Assembly (NCBI GenBank): GCA_964394715.1
Contig: CAYMYR010000001.1
Location: 24,895 to 88,894 of the forward strand
Length of the DNA stretch: 64,000 nt
Source: an uncultured Smithella sp.
GTDB lineage: Bacteria > Desulfobacterota > Syntrophia > Syntrophales > Smithellaceae
Direction: 5' to 3'
Part shown: positions 8,624-19,430 of the stretch, one piece after another
How positions within the stretch are numbered: position 1 is the stretch's first letter
How the letters are laid out: each line of letters opens with the position of its first letter
Made by a program: the position numbers and the translations under genes
The notes under the pieces: model-generated
Databases searched by the model: none
What the model was told of the DNA's origin: nothing
Seen by the model: only the letters and a program-made list of their open reading frames with translations

Positions 8624-11416
8624 ATGGACTACAAACAGACTTTAAATCTTCCGCAGACCGACTTTCCGATGAAAGCCAGTCTGTCTCAAAGAGAACCGGA
8701 AATGCTCAAAAAATGGGAAGATATGAAAATTTACCAGAAAATCCGCCAAAGCGCCAAAGGCAAAACACCCTATATTCTGCATGACGGCCCCCCCTACGCG
8801 AACGGTAACATTCACCTGGGAACGGCGCTGAACAAAATTATCAAGGATATCGTTATCAAGGCCAAAAACATGACCGGTTTCGACGGAGTTTACGTGCCCG
8901 GGTGGGACTGTCATGGGCTACCCATCGAACACCAGGTCGATAAAGAACTAGGCGGCAAAAAATCCGGCATGTCGCAGGTTGAAAAACGCCGCGCCTGCCG
9001 TACATACGCCGAAAAATTTGTTGATATTCAGCGTTCACAGTTCAAAAGACTGGGTGTTTTCGGCGAATGGGAAAATCCCTATCTGACGATGGCCTATCCG
9101 TATGAAGCGACTACGATTGCCGAATTCGGGAAACTCTACTTAAACGGCAGCGTATACAAAGGGAAAAAACCCGTTTACTGGTGCGCCACCTGTAAAACCG
9201 CGCTGGCGGAAGCTGAAGTGGAGTACGCCGATCATCACACTCCTTCCATTTATGTAAAATTTGTCTTTGATTCGGATGTGAGCCAGATTCTGCCGAAACT
9301 CGCAGGACACAAGGTTCACATGGTGATCTGGACCACGACACCTTGGACGATTCCCGCCAACCTGGCGATTGCCGTCAAGGATGATTTTATCTACACAGCG
9401 GTAAAAATCAATGGCGAAGTCCTGATTGTTGCCAAAGACATGCTGGATTACTGCCTGGACGCTTTCGGCCATCGCGGCAAACCTTACGAGATTCTCGAAG
9501 AATTCAAAGGCGAGGTGCTGGAAGGCCAAAAATGCAGGCATCCCCTGGTGAAAAGACACAGTCTGCTGATTCTGGCTCCCTTTGTAACGCTGGAGGCAGG
9601 AACCGGCGCTGTACACATCGCTCCCGGTCACGGCCAGGAGGACTATGAGATTGGACTCGAATACGGTCTCGACAATTACGCGCCGGTGGATGACGCCGGA
9701 AAATTCACAGAAGACGTCGAACATTTTGCAGGACAGTTTGTTTTTGACGCCAACGACAACGTCATCAAAAAACTCGACGAACTGGGCGCGCTCCTGGGTC
9801 ATGTACCGATGCAGCATTCTTACCCGCACTGCTGGCGATGTAAAAAGCCCATTATCTTCCGTTCAACCGAGCAGTGGTTCATCTCCATGGAAAAAAACGA
9901 TCTGCGCAAAAAAGCGCTGGCTGCCATTAATAACGAGATCCAGTGGATTCCTTCCTGGGGAAGAGACCGTATACACGGCATGGTGGAAAACCGTCCGGAC
10001 TGGTGCATTTCCCGTCAGCGCCTCTGGGGTGTACCGATTACGGTCTTCTACTGCACTAAATGTAAAAACGAATTATTAACAAAGGAAATCCTTGATCATC
10101 TGGTGGACCTGGTGGAAAAGGGCGGCGCGGATATCTGGTTTGAGAAAGAACCGAAGGATCTGATGCCGAAGCACACCACCTGCCCGCACTGCCACTCGAC
10201 GGAGTTCACCAAGGAAGTGAATATTCTGGATGTCTGGTTTGACTCGGGAGTAAGTCACGCGGCGGTTCTCGAAAAACGCCCGGATTTAAGTTCACCCTGC
10301 GACATGTACCTGGAAGGCTCCGACCAGCATCGTGGCTGGTTTCATTCGTCGCTTCTGGAATCCATCGGCACGCGGGCACGTGCTCCCTATAAAAGTGTGC
10401 TCACACACGGCTTTGTGGTCGACGGCGAAGGCAAGAAAATGTCCAAGTCTGTCGGCAATGTTATTGAGGCGGAAGAAGCCGTTGCCAAATACGGGGCGGA
10501 AATTTTACGCCTGTGGGTGGCGGCGGAAGACTACACCGACGATATCCGCATCTCCGAAGAAATTTTGAAGCGTCTGACAGAGGCCTATCGCCGCATCCGC
10601 AATACCAGCCGGTTTATCCTGGGCAATCTTTATGATTTCAAGCCCGATACCGACAGTCTCCCTTACGATGATATGCTGGAAATGGACCGCTGGGCGCTAC
10701 ACCGTTTGCAGGAAATCATCAAACGTGTAACGGAAGCCTATGAACGCCATCAATTCCATATCGTTTTCTTCACGATCCACAATTACTGCACGGTCGATTT
10801 AAGTGCTCTGTATCTCGATGTCCTGAAAGACAGACTCTATACGAATAAAGCAGCTTCGGTCAACCGCCGCTCCGGACAGACGGCGATGTTTGTGATATTA
10901 AGCGCCATGACACGCCTGCTGGCGCCGATTCTTACCTTTACGTCAGAAGAAGTCTGGGCATCCCTGCCTGAATGGCAAGGAAAAGAGGAAAGCGTCCACC
11001 TGACACAGCTCCCTGAGGTCAATAATCAGTTTTTCAGTGAGGAACTGGGGGAACGCTGGAAGACTATGATTGACGCCAAGGCGGCAATCGCCAAAGCTAT
11101 TGAGCAGGGCCGCAAGGAAAAAGTCATCGGTCATTCTCTTGATGCACGAATCACCGTCGCTGCTCCGGACAACATTCGCGCTCTTTTCGAAACGCACCTG
11201 GAAGACCTTCGCGCTCTTCTGATTGTTTCTCAGCTTCAGTTAGCGGATGTCCAGGACATTGCCAACCCTTACCAAAGTGAAGAAATCAAGGGGCTGGCCG
11301 TGGGCGTCGAAAAAGCAAGAGGCACAAAATGTGAACGCTGCTGGATTTATGAAGAATCGGTCGGGATGAACACCGAGCACCCGACGGTCTGCGGACGTTG
11401 TATACCGAATCTATAG
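8624..11416 (+). CDS. ileS: isoleucyl-tRNA synthetase
   Basis: It has HIGH (PPYANGNIHLGTAL) and KMSKS (KKMSKSVGN) motifs and a C-terminal zinc-binding CxxC...CxxC region (KCERCW...VCGRC). Length is 930 aa. Confidence 0.97.
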   Translation: MDYKQTLNLPQTDFPMKASLSQREPEMLKKWEDMKIYQKIRQSAKGKTPYILHDGPPYANGNIHLGTALNKIIKDIVIKAKNMTGFDGVYVPGWDCHGLPIEHQVDKELGGKKSGMSQVEKRRACRTYAEKFVDIQRSQFKRLGVFGEWENPYLTMAYPYEATTIAEFGKLYLNGSVYKGKKPVYWCATCKTALAEAEVEYADHHTPSIYVKFVFDSDVSQILPKLAGHKVHMVIWTTTPWTIPANLAIAVKDDFIYTAVKINGEVLIVAKDMLDYCLDAFGHRGKPYEILEEFKGEVLEGQKCRHPLVKRHSLLILAPFVTLEAGTGAVHIAPGHGQEDYEIGLEYGLDNYAPVDDAGKFTEDVEHFAGQFVFDANDNVIKKLDELGALLGHVPMQHSYPHCWRCKKPIIFRSTEQWFISMEKNDLRKKALAAINNEIQWIPSWGRDRIHGMVENRPDWCISRQRLWGVPITVFYCTKCKNELLTKEILDHLVDLVEKGGADIWFEKEPKDLMPKHTTCPHCHSTEFTKEVNILDVWFDSGVSHAAVLEKRPDLSSPCDMYLEGSDQHRGWFHSSLLESIGTRARAPYKSVLTHGFVVDGEGKKMSKSVGNVIEAEEAVAKYGAEILRLWVAAEDYTDDIRISEEILKRLTEAYRRIRNTSRFILGNLYDFKPDTDSLPYDDMLEMDRWALHRLQEIIKRVTEAYERHQFHIVFFTIHNYCTVDLSALYLDVLKDRLYTNKAASVNRRSGQTAMFVILSAMTRLLAPILTFTSEEVWASLPEWQGKEESVHLTQLPEVNNQFFSEELGERWKTMIDAKAAIAKAIEQGRKEKVIGHSLDARITVAAPDNIRALFETHLEDLRALLIVSQLQLADVQDIANPYQSEEIKGLAVGVEKARGTKCERCWIYEESVGMNTEHPTVCGRCIPNL

Positions 11417-11422
11417 GAGACC

Positions 11423-11585
11423 AGGCTATTAGACTGTAGGTTGTAGGCTACTGGCGGCTATCGGATTGTAAACATTTTGGCTATTATTATCTCGGCAACA
11501 ACGGTTGTCATTCCCGCGCAGGCGGGAATCCAGGAATATACTGCAGGCCGGATAACCTGGTAACCTTAAGGTCAAGCGAGGTCAC
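11423..11585. repeat. mosaic of interspersed short repeats in the ileS-lspA spacer
   Basis: The 17-mer AGGCTATTAGACTGTAG (11423-11439) is identical to 59355-59371. A hairpin attcccgc-gcag-gcgggaat lies at 11510-11529, followed by ccag. The segment 11561-11585 (taaccttaaggtcaagcgaggtcac) is the reverse complement of 48542-48566 with 23/25 identity. Confidence 0.8.
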
Positions 11586-11728
11586 ACAAGATCACACGTC
11601 AAGTCCTGCATGACGCCCTTTGATATATTTATTCGAAGGAGTAATTATTAAAAGTTGTAGTTACTGGTTGGCTGACAGCCTATCAGCCTGATTCTGACTT
11701 TTTTACTTTTAGATCAAGGATTATCATT

Positions 11729-12226
11729 TTGAAAAAAAATATTTTCATTTTTATTTTGGGGGCGGCGGTCATCCTCGCCCTTGATCAGATTACAAAATCA
11801 GCCATCACCTCAAGGTTTGCTCTTCATGAAACCTATCCGGTCATCACCGGTTTTTTTAATCTTGTCTACGTCATGAATCCCGGCGCTGCATTCGGCTTTC
11901 TGGCAGGCGCATCCGAAACGTTCCGTTATATTTTCTTTACCGGGATTACGATTCTGGCCGCCGGACTGATTGTTTATTATCTTGTCAAAAGCAATCCCCG
12001 CAACCTGATGCTTGCGATTTCCCTCACCATGATTTTCGGCGGAGCAGTCGGGAATCTGATCGACAGGCTGCGTTTTGGTGCCGTTGTTGATTTTCTGGAT
12101 TTCTACATTGGAGGGGCACACTGGCCTGCCTTTAATGTGGCGGATTCCGCCATCACCATTGGAGCTGTCCTGATGATCTGGGAAATGATCCAGAACCGCG
12201 GAAAAAAAGAATCCGCTTCATCCTGA
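11729..12226 (+). CDS. lspA: lipoprotein signal peptidase II
   Basis: The protein is 165 aa with four TM segments. Motifs are LDQ.TK...N.GAAFG...GGA.GNL.DR...G.VVDF...WP.FN.AD. It uses a TTG start, with AAGGA 8 nt upstream. Confidence 0.92.
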   Translation: MKKNIFIFILGAAVILALDQITKSAITSRFALHETYPVITGFFNLVYVMNPGAAFGFLAGASETFRYIFFTGITILAAGLIVYYLVKSNPRNLMLAISLTMIFGGAVGNLIDRLRFGAVVDFLDFYIGGAHWPAFNVADSAITIGAVLMIWEMIQNRGKKESASS

Positions 12227-12258
12227 GTTCTTTATCTCCAATCATCGCGAAATATTTT

Positions 12259-13098
12259 TTAACTCAGAGAAACCTGATCGTTTTCTCGCATGGCTTTCTC
12301 AGAAATTTTATCTTCGGCACAGGCCAGCATATCCTTCAGTGATATATCCGGGTGATGATAACGTTTCTTATTGCGTGTGCCTCTGCCATATTGAATCGCC
12401 TCTTCGGGGCACCATTGTATACAGGCAAAACACTGTTCGCAGCGGTGTTGCCAGACAGGTCTTCCTTCGGTCATCAGGATATTCCGGGCCGGACAGATTT
12501 TTGAGCATATGCCGCACGAGGAGCATTTTTCATCGGTAAAAAAAGATTTATCCATTCCCCCGACATAAGGCAGGGATTTTTTATATATCAGCGAAAATAA
12601 AATATTCTGCCAAAGGGGACCTTTTTCTACTGCCCTTTCTTCCCGGTTGCGGACAATACGGGCCATCCGTTCAATTTTTTCAAGCGCGGCGGCTATTTTT
12701 TTCTGCTGTTTTTGTGGCGAAATGGCCCCACCCCAGGGAATATAATTACTGGGAAGATCAATGGAAAACCCGCAGGAAAGGTGAATGTTTTTTGTCTTGA
12801 GCAGTTTCTGCAACTGGATCAGTGTTGCAGCAACCTGACCGGCATTGACGGCGACGGCAAAAACATATGATTTCGGATTGGTTTTGATAAAATGAAGAAA
12901 TTCCAGAACAGGCGGCGGCACTCCCCAGATATGCACCGGAAAAACCAGGCCGAATAAATCCGCATGACAGGGTGGAAGCTGTTTCCGATAACGATGGTTA
13001 AGTGAAATCAGTTCAGAGGGAGCGATGCGTTTTGCAAGTTCTCTGGCCGTCCAAAGAGAATTTCCTGTTCCCGTATAAAAATAAACAGCCGTCTTCAT
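12259..13098 (-). CDS. flavodoxin-like / 2x[4Fe-4S] ferredoxin fusion protein (EFR1-type)
   Basis: The N-terminus reads MKTAVYFYTGTGNSLW (flavodoxin-like). The C-terminus has two cysteine clusters, CSSCGICSKICP and CEQCFACIQWCP. Confidence 0.7.
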   Translation of the reverse strand: MKTAVYFYTGTGNSLWTARELAKRIAPSELISLNHRYRKQLPPCHADLFGLVFPVHIWGVPPPVLEFLHFIKTNPKSYVFAVAVNAGQVAATLIQLQKLLKTKNIHLSCGFSIDLPSNYIPWGGAISPQKQQKKIAAALEKIERMARIVRNREERAVEKGPLWQNILFSLIYKKSLPYVGGMDKSFFTDEKCSSCGICSKICPARNILMTEGRPVWQHRCEQCFACIQWCPEEAIQYGRGTRNKKRYHHPDISLKDMLACAEDKISEKAMRENDQVSLS

Positions 13099-13544
13099 CA
13101 GCGTGACTGTTTGAGCGCCCTCTGATAGACCGCTTCAGAAAATCCGTAAACGTGACTCCTGCCGATAACGGCAAACGGCACATCATCACCGTCGTCAATC
13201 TCTTTTCTGGCAGCAGCAGCCTTCGGATCGGTATCCGTGTTGTATTCCGTAAAGGCGAGTTTCTGGGAACTTAAAAATTCCCTGGCTTGATCGCACTCCG
13301 AACAATCGTTTTTTGTGAACAGCTTGATGGATGGCGCTTTTTTCTCATCAGCCGTTGGTTTTTCGTCAAACACTCCGGAATCATTCTGGAGCACTTTAAC
13401 GTTTTTGCCTTTCTTCGCGGCAGGGGGATAATCCGTAATATGCTTCACACCGGATTCATCTTCCCAGCTATAAAAATCGGCATACACCGTCCCTGAAAAT
13501 ATCAGGAGCAGCGCAAGTAAAAAAAACAGGTTTTTTTTCATCAT
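13098..13544 (-). CDS. secreted DUF4124-like / glutaredoxin-like fusion protein
   Basis: It has a signal peptide (MMKKNLFFLLALLLIFSGTVYA) and a DUF4124-type segment (FYSWEDESGVKHITDYPP). A glutaredoxin-like module with a CSEC (CxxC) motif follows. Its stop overlaps the start of the downstream gene (ATGA at 13096-13100 on the minus strand). Confidence 0.6.
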   Translation of the reverse strand: MMKKNLFFLLALLLIFSGTVYADFYSWEDESGVKHITDYPPAAKKGKNVKVLQNDSGVFDEKPTADEKKAPSIKLFTKNDCSECDQAREFLSSQKLAFTEYNTDTDPKAAAARKEIDDGDDVPFAVIGRSHVYGFSEAVYQRALKQSR

Positions 13545-13880
13545 AAGCCTCCGTCTTCAGCGCCGCGTATGCGCATCCGATATTTTTTCATGATATTGTT
13601 AAAGCGATGATTCATCCGTCCGGCAATCCATAACCGCCTGCTGATTGTTCTTCTTTGTAAGAAGTTTAACCGGAATGCCTTGAAAAATCAATGCCCTTTT
13701 TACTGCATTGATGGCATGGCTTATGATCAGACTCCTGCGCTGTTGAAAGTTTTTTGTCTGTGGGACAAATCAATCATCAAGCGGGAACGATTCAGAGTAT
13801 TTTTCCTGCAGGCATTCCTGTTTTTTCCTTTTTTCTTTGGCAAAAAAATGAATTTATGTCATAAGGAAATCAAACACTAA

Positions 13881-15401
<1,521 letters not shown>

Positions 15402-15462
15402 CACAAGGTGAAAGGCACAAGGTTCAAGGTTCAAGGCTCAAGGCGCAAGGCACAAGGGAAAA
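15402..15462 (+). repeat. tandem CAAGGNN heptamer tract in the glpK-glpA intercistronic spacer
   Basis: The sequence is cacaaggtgaaaggcacaaggttcaaggttcaaggctcaaggcgcaaggcacaagggaaaag. It contains at least 6 consecutive 7-nt units with an invariant CAAGG core. Confidence 0.85.
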
Positions 15463-15496
15463 GATAAAAGGCATAGGGGGAAGGCCTGTTATTTAG

Positions 15497-16999
15497 ATGA
15501 TCAAGACGGATGTTATCATTATTGGCGGGGGGGCAACCGGATGCGGCATCGCCAGAGACCTCGCGCTTCGCGGCATTCCGCACTGCCTGATTGAAAAAGG
15601 TGACTACGCCGCGGGCGCGACCGGCGCCTGCCATGGCCTTTTACACAGCGGTGGCCGTTACGTGGTCTCCGACGCCATTGCGGCCAAGGAATGCTACGAC
15701 GAAAATATGATCCTGCGCCGGATCGGTGAAAAATGCGTTGAACCCACCGGCGGATTGTTTGTTCGCCTGCCTGGAGATTCCAAAATTTTCCGGGAACGGT
15801 TCCTTAGAAGCTGTGAAGAAATCGGCATCCCGACAGAAATCATGTCCTCCACCAAAGCGCTCGAGCTGGTGCCCAATCTCAACCCGGAAATGGAAGAAGC
15901 CATCAGGGTTCCCGATTGTTCGATTGATCCCTTCCGCTTATGCATGCTCAACATGAGAACATCGGAAATCAAGGGCGGCTTGAGTTTCATTCGTCACAAG
16001 GTAACGGAAATCGTCAAGTCCCACGGGCGATGCATCGGCGTCAAAGCCACCGACATGGTATCCGGTGAGGTAAAGGAAATACACGGCAACATTATCGTCA
16101 ATGCATCAGGCGCCTGGACCAACCTCGTCGCAGGCCTTGCCGGCTGCGAAGTACCCCTGACCTTATCGAAAGGATCTCTCGTCATCACGAATCACCGTCT
16201 GACGGATATGGTCATCAACCGCCTGCGACCTCCTTCCGACGGGGATATCATTGTCCCCAACGAAGCTGTCTGTCTGGCCGGTACCACTTCCCTGATGGTA
16301 GAAGACCCGGATAAAATATCCATCCGGTCTGAGGAAGTGGACATTATCATCGGAGAGGCGGGACGCATGGTCCCGCATTTTAACCAGACGCGAATCATCC
16401 GCGCATTTTCCGGTGTCCGCCCCCTGCTTAAATCACAAAAGCTCGACAGCCGTGAAATCTCACGGGGTTTTCAGATTATTGATCATCAGAACGGCATGTA
16501 CAGTATCGTCGGCGGAAAGCTTACAACCTTCCGGCTTATGGCGGAGAAAATGGTGGACACCATCATGAACGCCTTCAATCTGAAGCGTGCCTGCGAAACA
16601 GCGGAAAGACCGCTGGACGGTCAGGATGAACTCAGCGGTTACCCGCTCTCCAAACGTCTGTCGGACATGAAAAACATCGTCTGTGAATGCGAACTGGTCA
16701 CCCGCAGGGAAGTGGAGCGGATCATCAGCCAGACAGGCACCCGGCACGTCGGCGACATCCAGCATCGGACCCGACTGGGCATGGGACCCTGCCAGGGCGG
16801 CTTCTGTACCTTCCGCGCACTCGGTATTATGCATGACATGGATATTTTGACTGCGGAACAGTCCGTCCAATCCCTGAGGGAATTTCTCCAGAGGCGCTTT
16901 CGCGGTATCCGTGGCGCCCTGTGGGGGGACCAGCTCCGGGAAGAGCAGCTCGTTGAATATATTTATCTTGGCATCCTGGCCATGGAGCGAAACAAGTGA
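15497..16999 (+). CDS. glpA: anaerobic glycerol-3-phosphate dehydrogenase subunit A
   Basis: It has an FAD-binding N-terminus (DVIIIGGGATGCGIARDLALRG) and a C-terminal BFD-like [2Fe-2S] region (CECE...GPCQGGFC). It sits between glpK and glpBC. Confidence 0.9.
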   Translation: MIKTDVIIIGGGATGCGIARDLALRGIPHCLIEKGDYAAGATGACHGLLHSGGRYVVSDAIAAKECYDENMILRRIGEKCVEPTGGLFVRLPGDSKIFRERFLRSCEEIGIPTEIMSSTKALELVPNLNPEMEEAIRVPDCSIDPFRLCMLNMRTSEIKGGLSFIRHKVTEIVKSHGRCIGVKATDMVSGEVKEIHGNIIVNASGAWTNLVAGLAGCEVPLTLSKGSLVITNHRLTDMVINRLRPPSDGDIIVPNEAVCLAGTTSLMVEDPDKISIRSEEVDIIIGEAGRMVPHFNQTRIIRAFSGVRPLLKSQKLDSREISRGFQIIDHQNGMYSIVGGKLTTFRLMAEKMVDTIMNAFNLKRACETAERPLDGQDELSGYPLSKRLSDMKNIVCECELVTRREVERIISQTGTRHVGDIQHRTRLGMGPCQGGFCTFRALGIMHDMDILTAEQSVQSLREFLQRRFRGIRGALWGDQLREEQLVEYIYLGILAMERNK

Positions 17000-18192
17000 G
17001 CGTAATTGAATACGATGTCATTGTCATCGGCGCGGGAGTGTCGGGCCTGACCGCGGGGACCTTGCTTGCGAAGCACGGATTGAATGTCGCCCTGGTCACG
17101 ACCGGAGAACCGACAGCCTGTCTGTCCACCGGATGCATTGACGTCTGCTCGGTCAGCGAACATCCCCTGAAGGCAATTGTCAATCTGCCACAGCGACACC
17201 CCTATCATCTGATTTCCATCGAAAACATCCGTCAGTCACTCCGTGATTTTCAACAGGCCATGACCGATGTGGGGATGCCTTATGAAGGATCGCTGGAAAA
17301 CAATCGTCGGGTTCTTTCTGCGATCGGCACATTCAAAACGACCTGCCTGACTCCTGTAACCATGCAGGCCTCTCCGCAAAACGAAGATGAAAAAATCCAC
17401 ATCATTACCTTTGCCGGTCTGAAAGATTTTTATCCCGGCTACATCATTTCCCGGCACAAGAACGCGTCTTTCTCCATTTACGATGCCGGTGTTGCAACAA
17501 CCATGGGTATCTCTGCCAATTTCGAAAACGAGGCCTTCCTGGAAGCTTTCATACTATGGTTGGAAAAACAAAATATCCGGGAGGATAAAATCGCTTTTCC
17601 CGCAGTTCTGGGTTTGGAATCGGCATCGGCCATTGTAAAAACCATCGAATCCCGCATGGAGTGTCCCGTCTTTGAAATCCCGACCATTCCGCCTTCCATG
17701 CCCGGCAGAAGGCTGTTTAACCATCTGAAAGATCATTTCCGCCGTCATGGAGGGGTCATCTACTGGGGCTGGCCTGTTGTGGGCATGGAAAAGTCCGGAA
17801 GGAAAATTGAAGCGGTAATCGCCGAATCACAGGGCAGACCCAACAGCCTGAATGCCAAGGCGTTCATTCTCGCTACCGGGTCTTTTGTCGGCGGCGGTCT
17901 TCACGCGAACCGTGACAGCATCGTAGAAAAAGTGTTTCATCTGCCTGTCTTCCTGCCCGGAAAACGCGAAACCTGGTTTGATCATGATTATTTTTCCTTA
18001 AACCACGGCATCGGGCAGGCGGGCGTCGCGGTGGATTCAGATTTCCGGCCCGTGGACTGTCCGTGGGACAATGTCTTCGCATGTGGTGCCATTCTCGCAC
18101 ATACAGAGACGCTGAAAAACGGCTGTGGGCATGGTTTTGCGCTGGCGACGGGACAGGCAGCTGCAAAATCGTGTCTGGAGTGTATCCGATGA
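16996..18192 (+). CDS. glpB: anaerobic glycerol-3-phosphate dehydrogenase subunit B
   Basis: It has an FAD motif (DVIVIGAGVSGLTAG). The GTG start overlaps the glpA stop (GTGA). Its position is between glpA and glpC. Confidence 0.85.
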   Translation: MSVIEYDVIVIGAGVSGLTAGTLLAKHGLNVALVTTGEPTACLSTGCIDVCSVSEHPLKAIVNLPQRHPYHLISIENIRQSLRDFQQAMTDVGMPYEGSLENNRRVLSAIGTFKTTCLTPVTMQASPQNEDEKIHIITFAGLKDFYPGYIISRHKNASFSIYDAGVATTMGISANFENEAFLEAFILWLEKQNIREDKIAFPAVLGLESASAIVKTIESRMECPVFEIPTIPPSMPGRRLFNHLKDHFRRHGGVIYWGWPVVGMEKSGRKIEAVIAESQGRPNSLNAKAFILATGSFVGGGLHANRDSIVEKVFHLPVFLPGKRETWFDHDYFSLNHGIGQAGVAVDSDFRPVDCPWDNVFACGAILAHTETLKNGCGHGFALATGQAAAKSCLECIR

Positions 18193-19379
18193 AATTCGAG
18201 CACTGCATACGCTGCACAATCTGCGTGGAAAACTGTCCAGTGTTCCGGGTCAACCCGGCTTTCCCGGGCCCCAAACAGGCGGGACCCGACGCCCAGCGAT
18301 TCCGCAGCCAGCGGGAGAAATCCGTCGATGAGTGGGTGTTGCTGTGCAGCCAGTGCAAGCGCTGTGAAATGTCCTGTCCCTGCGGAGTGGAACCCGCGCA
18401 GATTATCCTCCGGGCACAGCAGAAATACGGAATGGAGCATCCCCACACAGCCGCGCATCTGCTCTTCGCCAATAATTACTATCTCTCCACGCTGGGCTCC
18501 ATGACAGCCCCTCTTGCCAACCGTATTGTTTCAACCAAGATCGGCAAAAGAATATTTGAGCGCATGGGAATCGCAACATACATCCCCTTCCCAAAATTCA
18601 GCTTCAAAACCATGAGAGCCCAAAAGAAGACCCGCAGCCGCGAAGCAAGGAAAGTTGCATTTTTCTATGGCTGTTTCATCAATTTTTACCGCCCGGATAT
18701 CGGCAGAAAAATCATCCGGCTTCTCCAGTCTTTCCAGGTTGATGTCGTGCTGCCTCCGCAATGGTGCTGCGGCCTTCCCGCACTGGGTAACGGCAACCTT
18801 GCCCTGGCGCAAAAATTTGCCGCGAAAAATGTTGCCTCCCTGTCCAATTATATCGACGCGGGATACGATGTGGTCTATTCCTGTACATCCTGCGGCCTTT
18901 GCCTGCTGCATGATTACCAGGGGATCATGGATATTCCCGGTGCGAAAAAGATTGCAGAAAACAGCTATGACCTGCACGAATTTATTCTCAAACTGATTGC
19001 TGAACGCGGTGGGGCTAAACCCGAATTTAAGGAAGTTAACCGGACGCTTGCCTATCATATCCCCTGTCACCTGCGCGCACTGAAAATCGGTTATCCGGCA
19101 GCCGATTTAATGAAGACGATCCCCGGCCTGGAATGCAGAGTTCTTGACGATGCCTGCTGCGGACTCAACGGCAGTTATGGATTTAAAAAAATCAATGAGG
19201 CCACAGCCGTGCAGCTGGGAAATCGTGCAGTATCGCTGATCAAAAATACCGGTGCAGAGGCAATTGTGGCGGACTGCGGTTCATGCCGCATGCAGCTTTC
19301 CGGTCTCTCCGGCATGAACGCGTTCGATCCGGTGGAAATTCTCTGCGAATCGCTGGGCATCCGGGATAAAAAAAAATAA
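18189..19379 (+). CDS. glpC: anaerobic glycerol-3-phosphate dehydrogenase subunit C (Fe-S, CCG domains)
   Basis: It starts MKFEHCIRCTICVENCP, with a second cluster CSQCKRCEMSCP and two CCG-type cysteine motifs (CCG at WCCGLP and CCGLNG). The true ATG at 18189 overlaps the glpB stop (ATGA). The ORF-track start at 18063 is an artefact. Confidence 0.9.
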   Translation: MKFEHCIRCTICVENCPVFRVNPAFPGPKQAGPDAQRFRSQREKSVDEWVLLCSQCKRCEMSCPCGVEPAQIILRAQQKYGMEHPHTAAHLLFANNYYLSTLGSMTAPLANRIVSTKIGKRIFERMGIATYIPFPKFSFKTMRAQKKTRSREARKVAFFYGCFINFYRPDIGRKIIRLLQSFQVDVVLPPQWCCGLPALGNGNLALAQKFAAKNVASLSNYIDAGYDVVYSCTSCGLCLLHDYQGIMDIPGAKKIAENSYDLHEFILKLIAERGGAKPEFKEVNRTLAYHIPCHLRALKIGYPAADLMKTIPGLECRVLDDACCGLNGSYGFKKINEATAVQLGNRAVSLIKNTGAEAIVADCGSCRMQLSGLSGMNAFDPVEILCESLGIRDKKK

Positions 19380-19381
19380 AC

Positions 19382-19410
19382 AGAGGGGGATTCCAGACGA
19401 ATCCCCCTCT
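19382..19410. terminator. bidirectional intrinsic terminator between convergent glpC and the S8 protease gene
   Basis: A perfect 12-bp stem (agagggggattc / gaatccccctct) closes a 5-nt loop. It is flanked by an A-run upstream and Ts downstream. Confidence 0.8.
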
Positions 19411-19430
19411 TTAGATTCGGAACGTGAAGT

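Noticed and set aside
13835-13860. A TTGGCA-containing stretch upstream of glpK, considered as a sigma-54 promoter.
   Set aside because: It lacks the GG-N10-GC spacing (TGGCA-N6/7-TTGC), so it does not support a -24/-12 promoter.
13680-13880. A 66-aa plus-strand ORF upstream of glpK.
   Set aside because: It has a non-ATG start without an RBS and a Phe/Cys-rich, improbable composition. It sits in a promoter-like AT-rich region.
15402-15462. Considered whether the heptamer tracts or the other repeat clusters (11423-11585, 48467-48759, 59350-59495) are CRISPR arrays.
   Set aside because: The units are 7-25 nt and degenerate, often inverted, and lack regularly spaced unique spacers. No cas genes are present.
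18063-18188. The upstream extension of glpC in the ORF track.
   Set aside because: It overlaps the glpB 3' end in another frame. The ATG at 18189 gives the canonical MKFEHCIRCTICVENCP ferredoxin-like N-terminus and an ATGA coupling with glpB.
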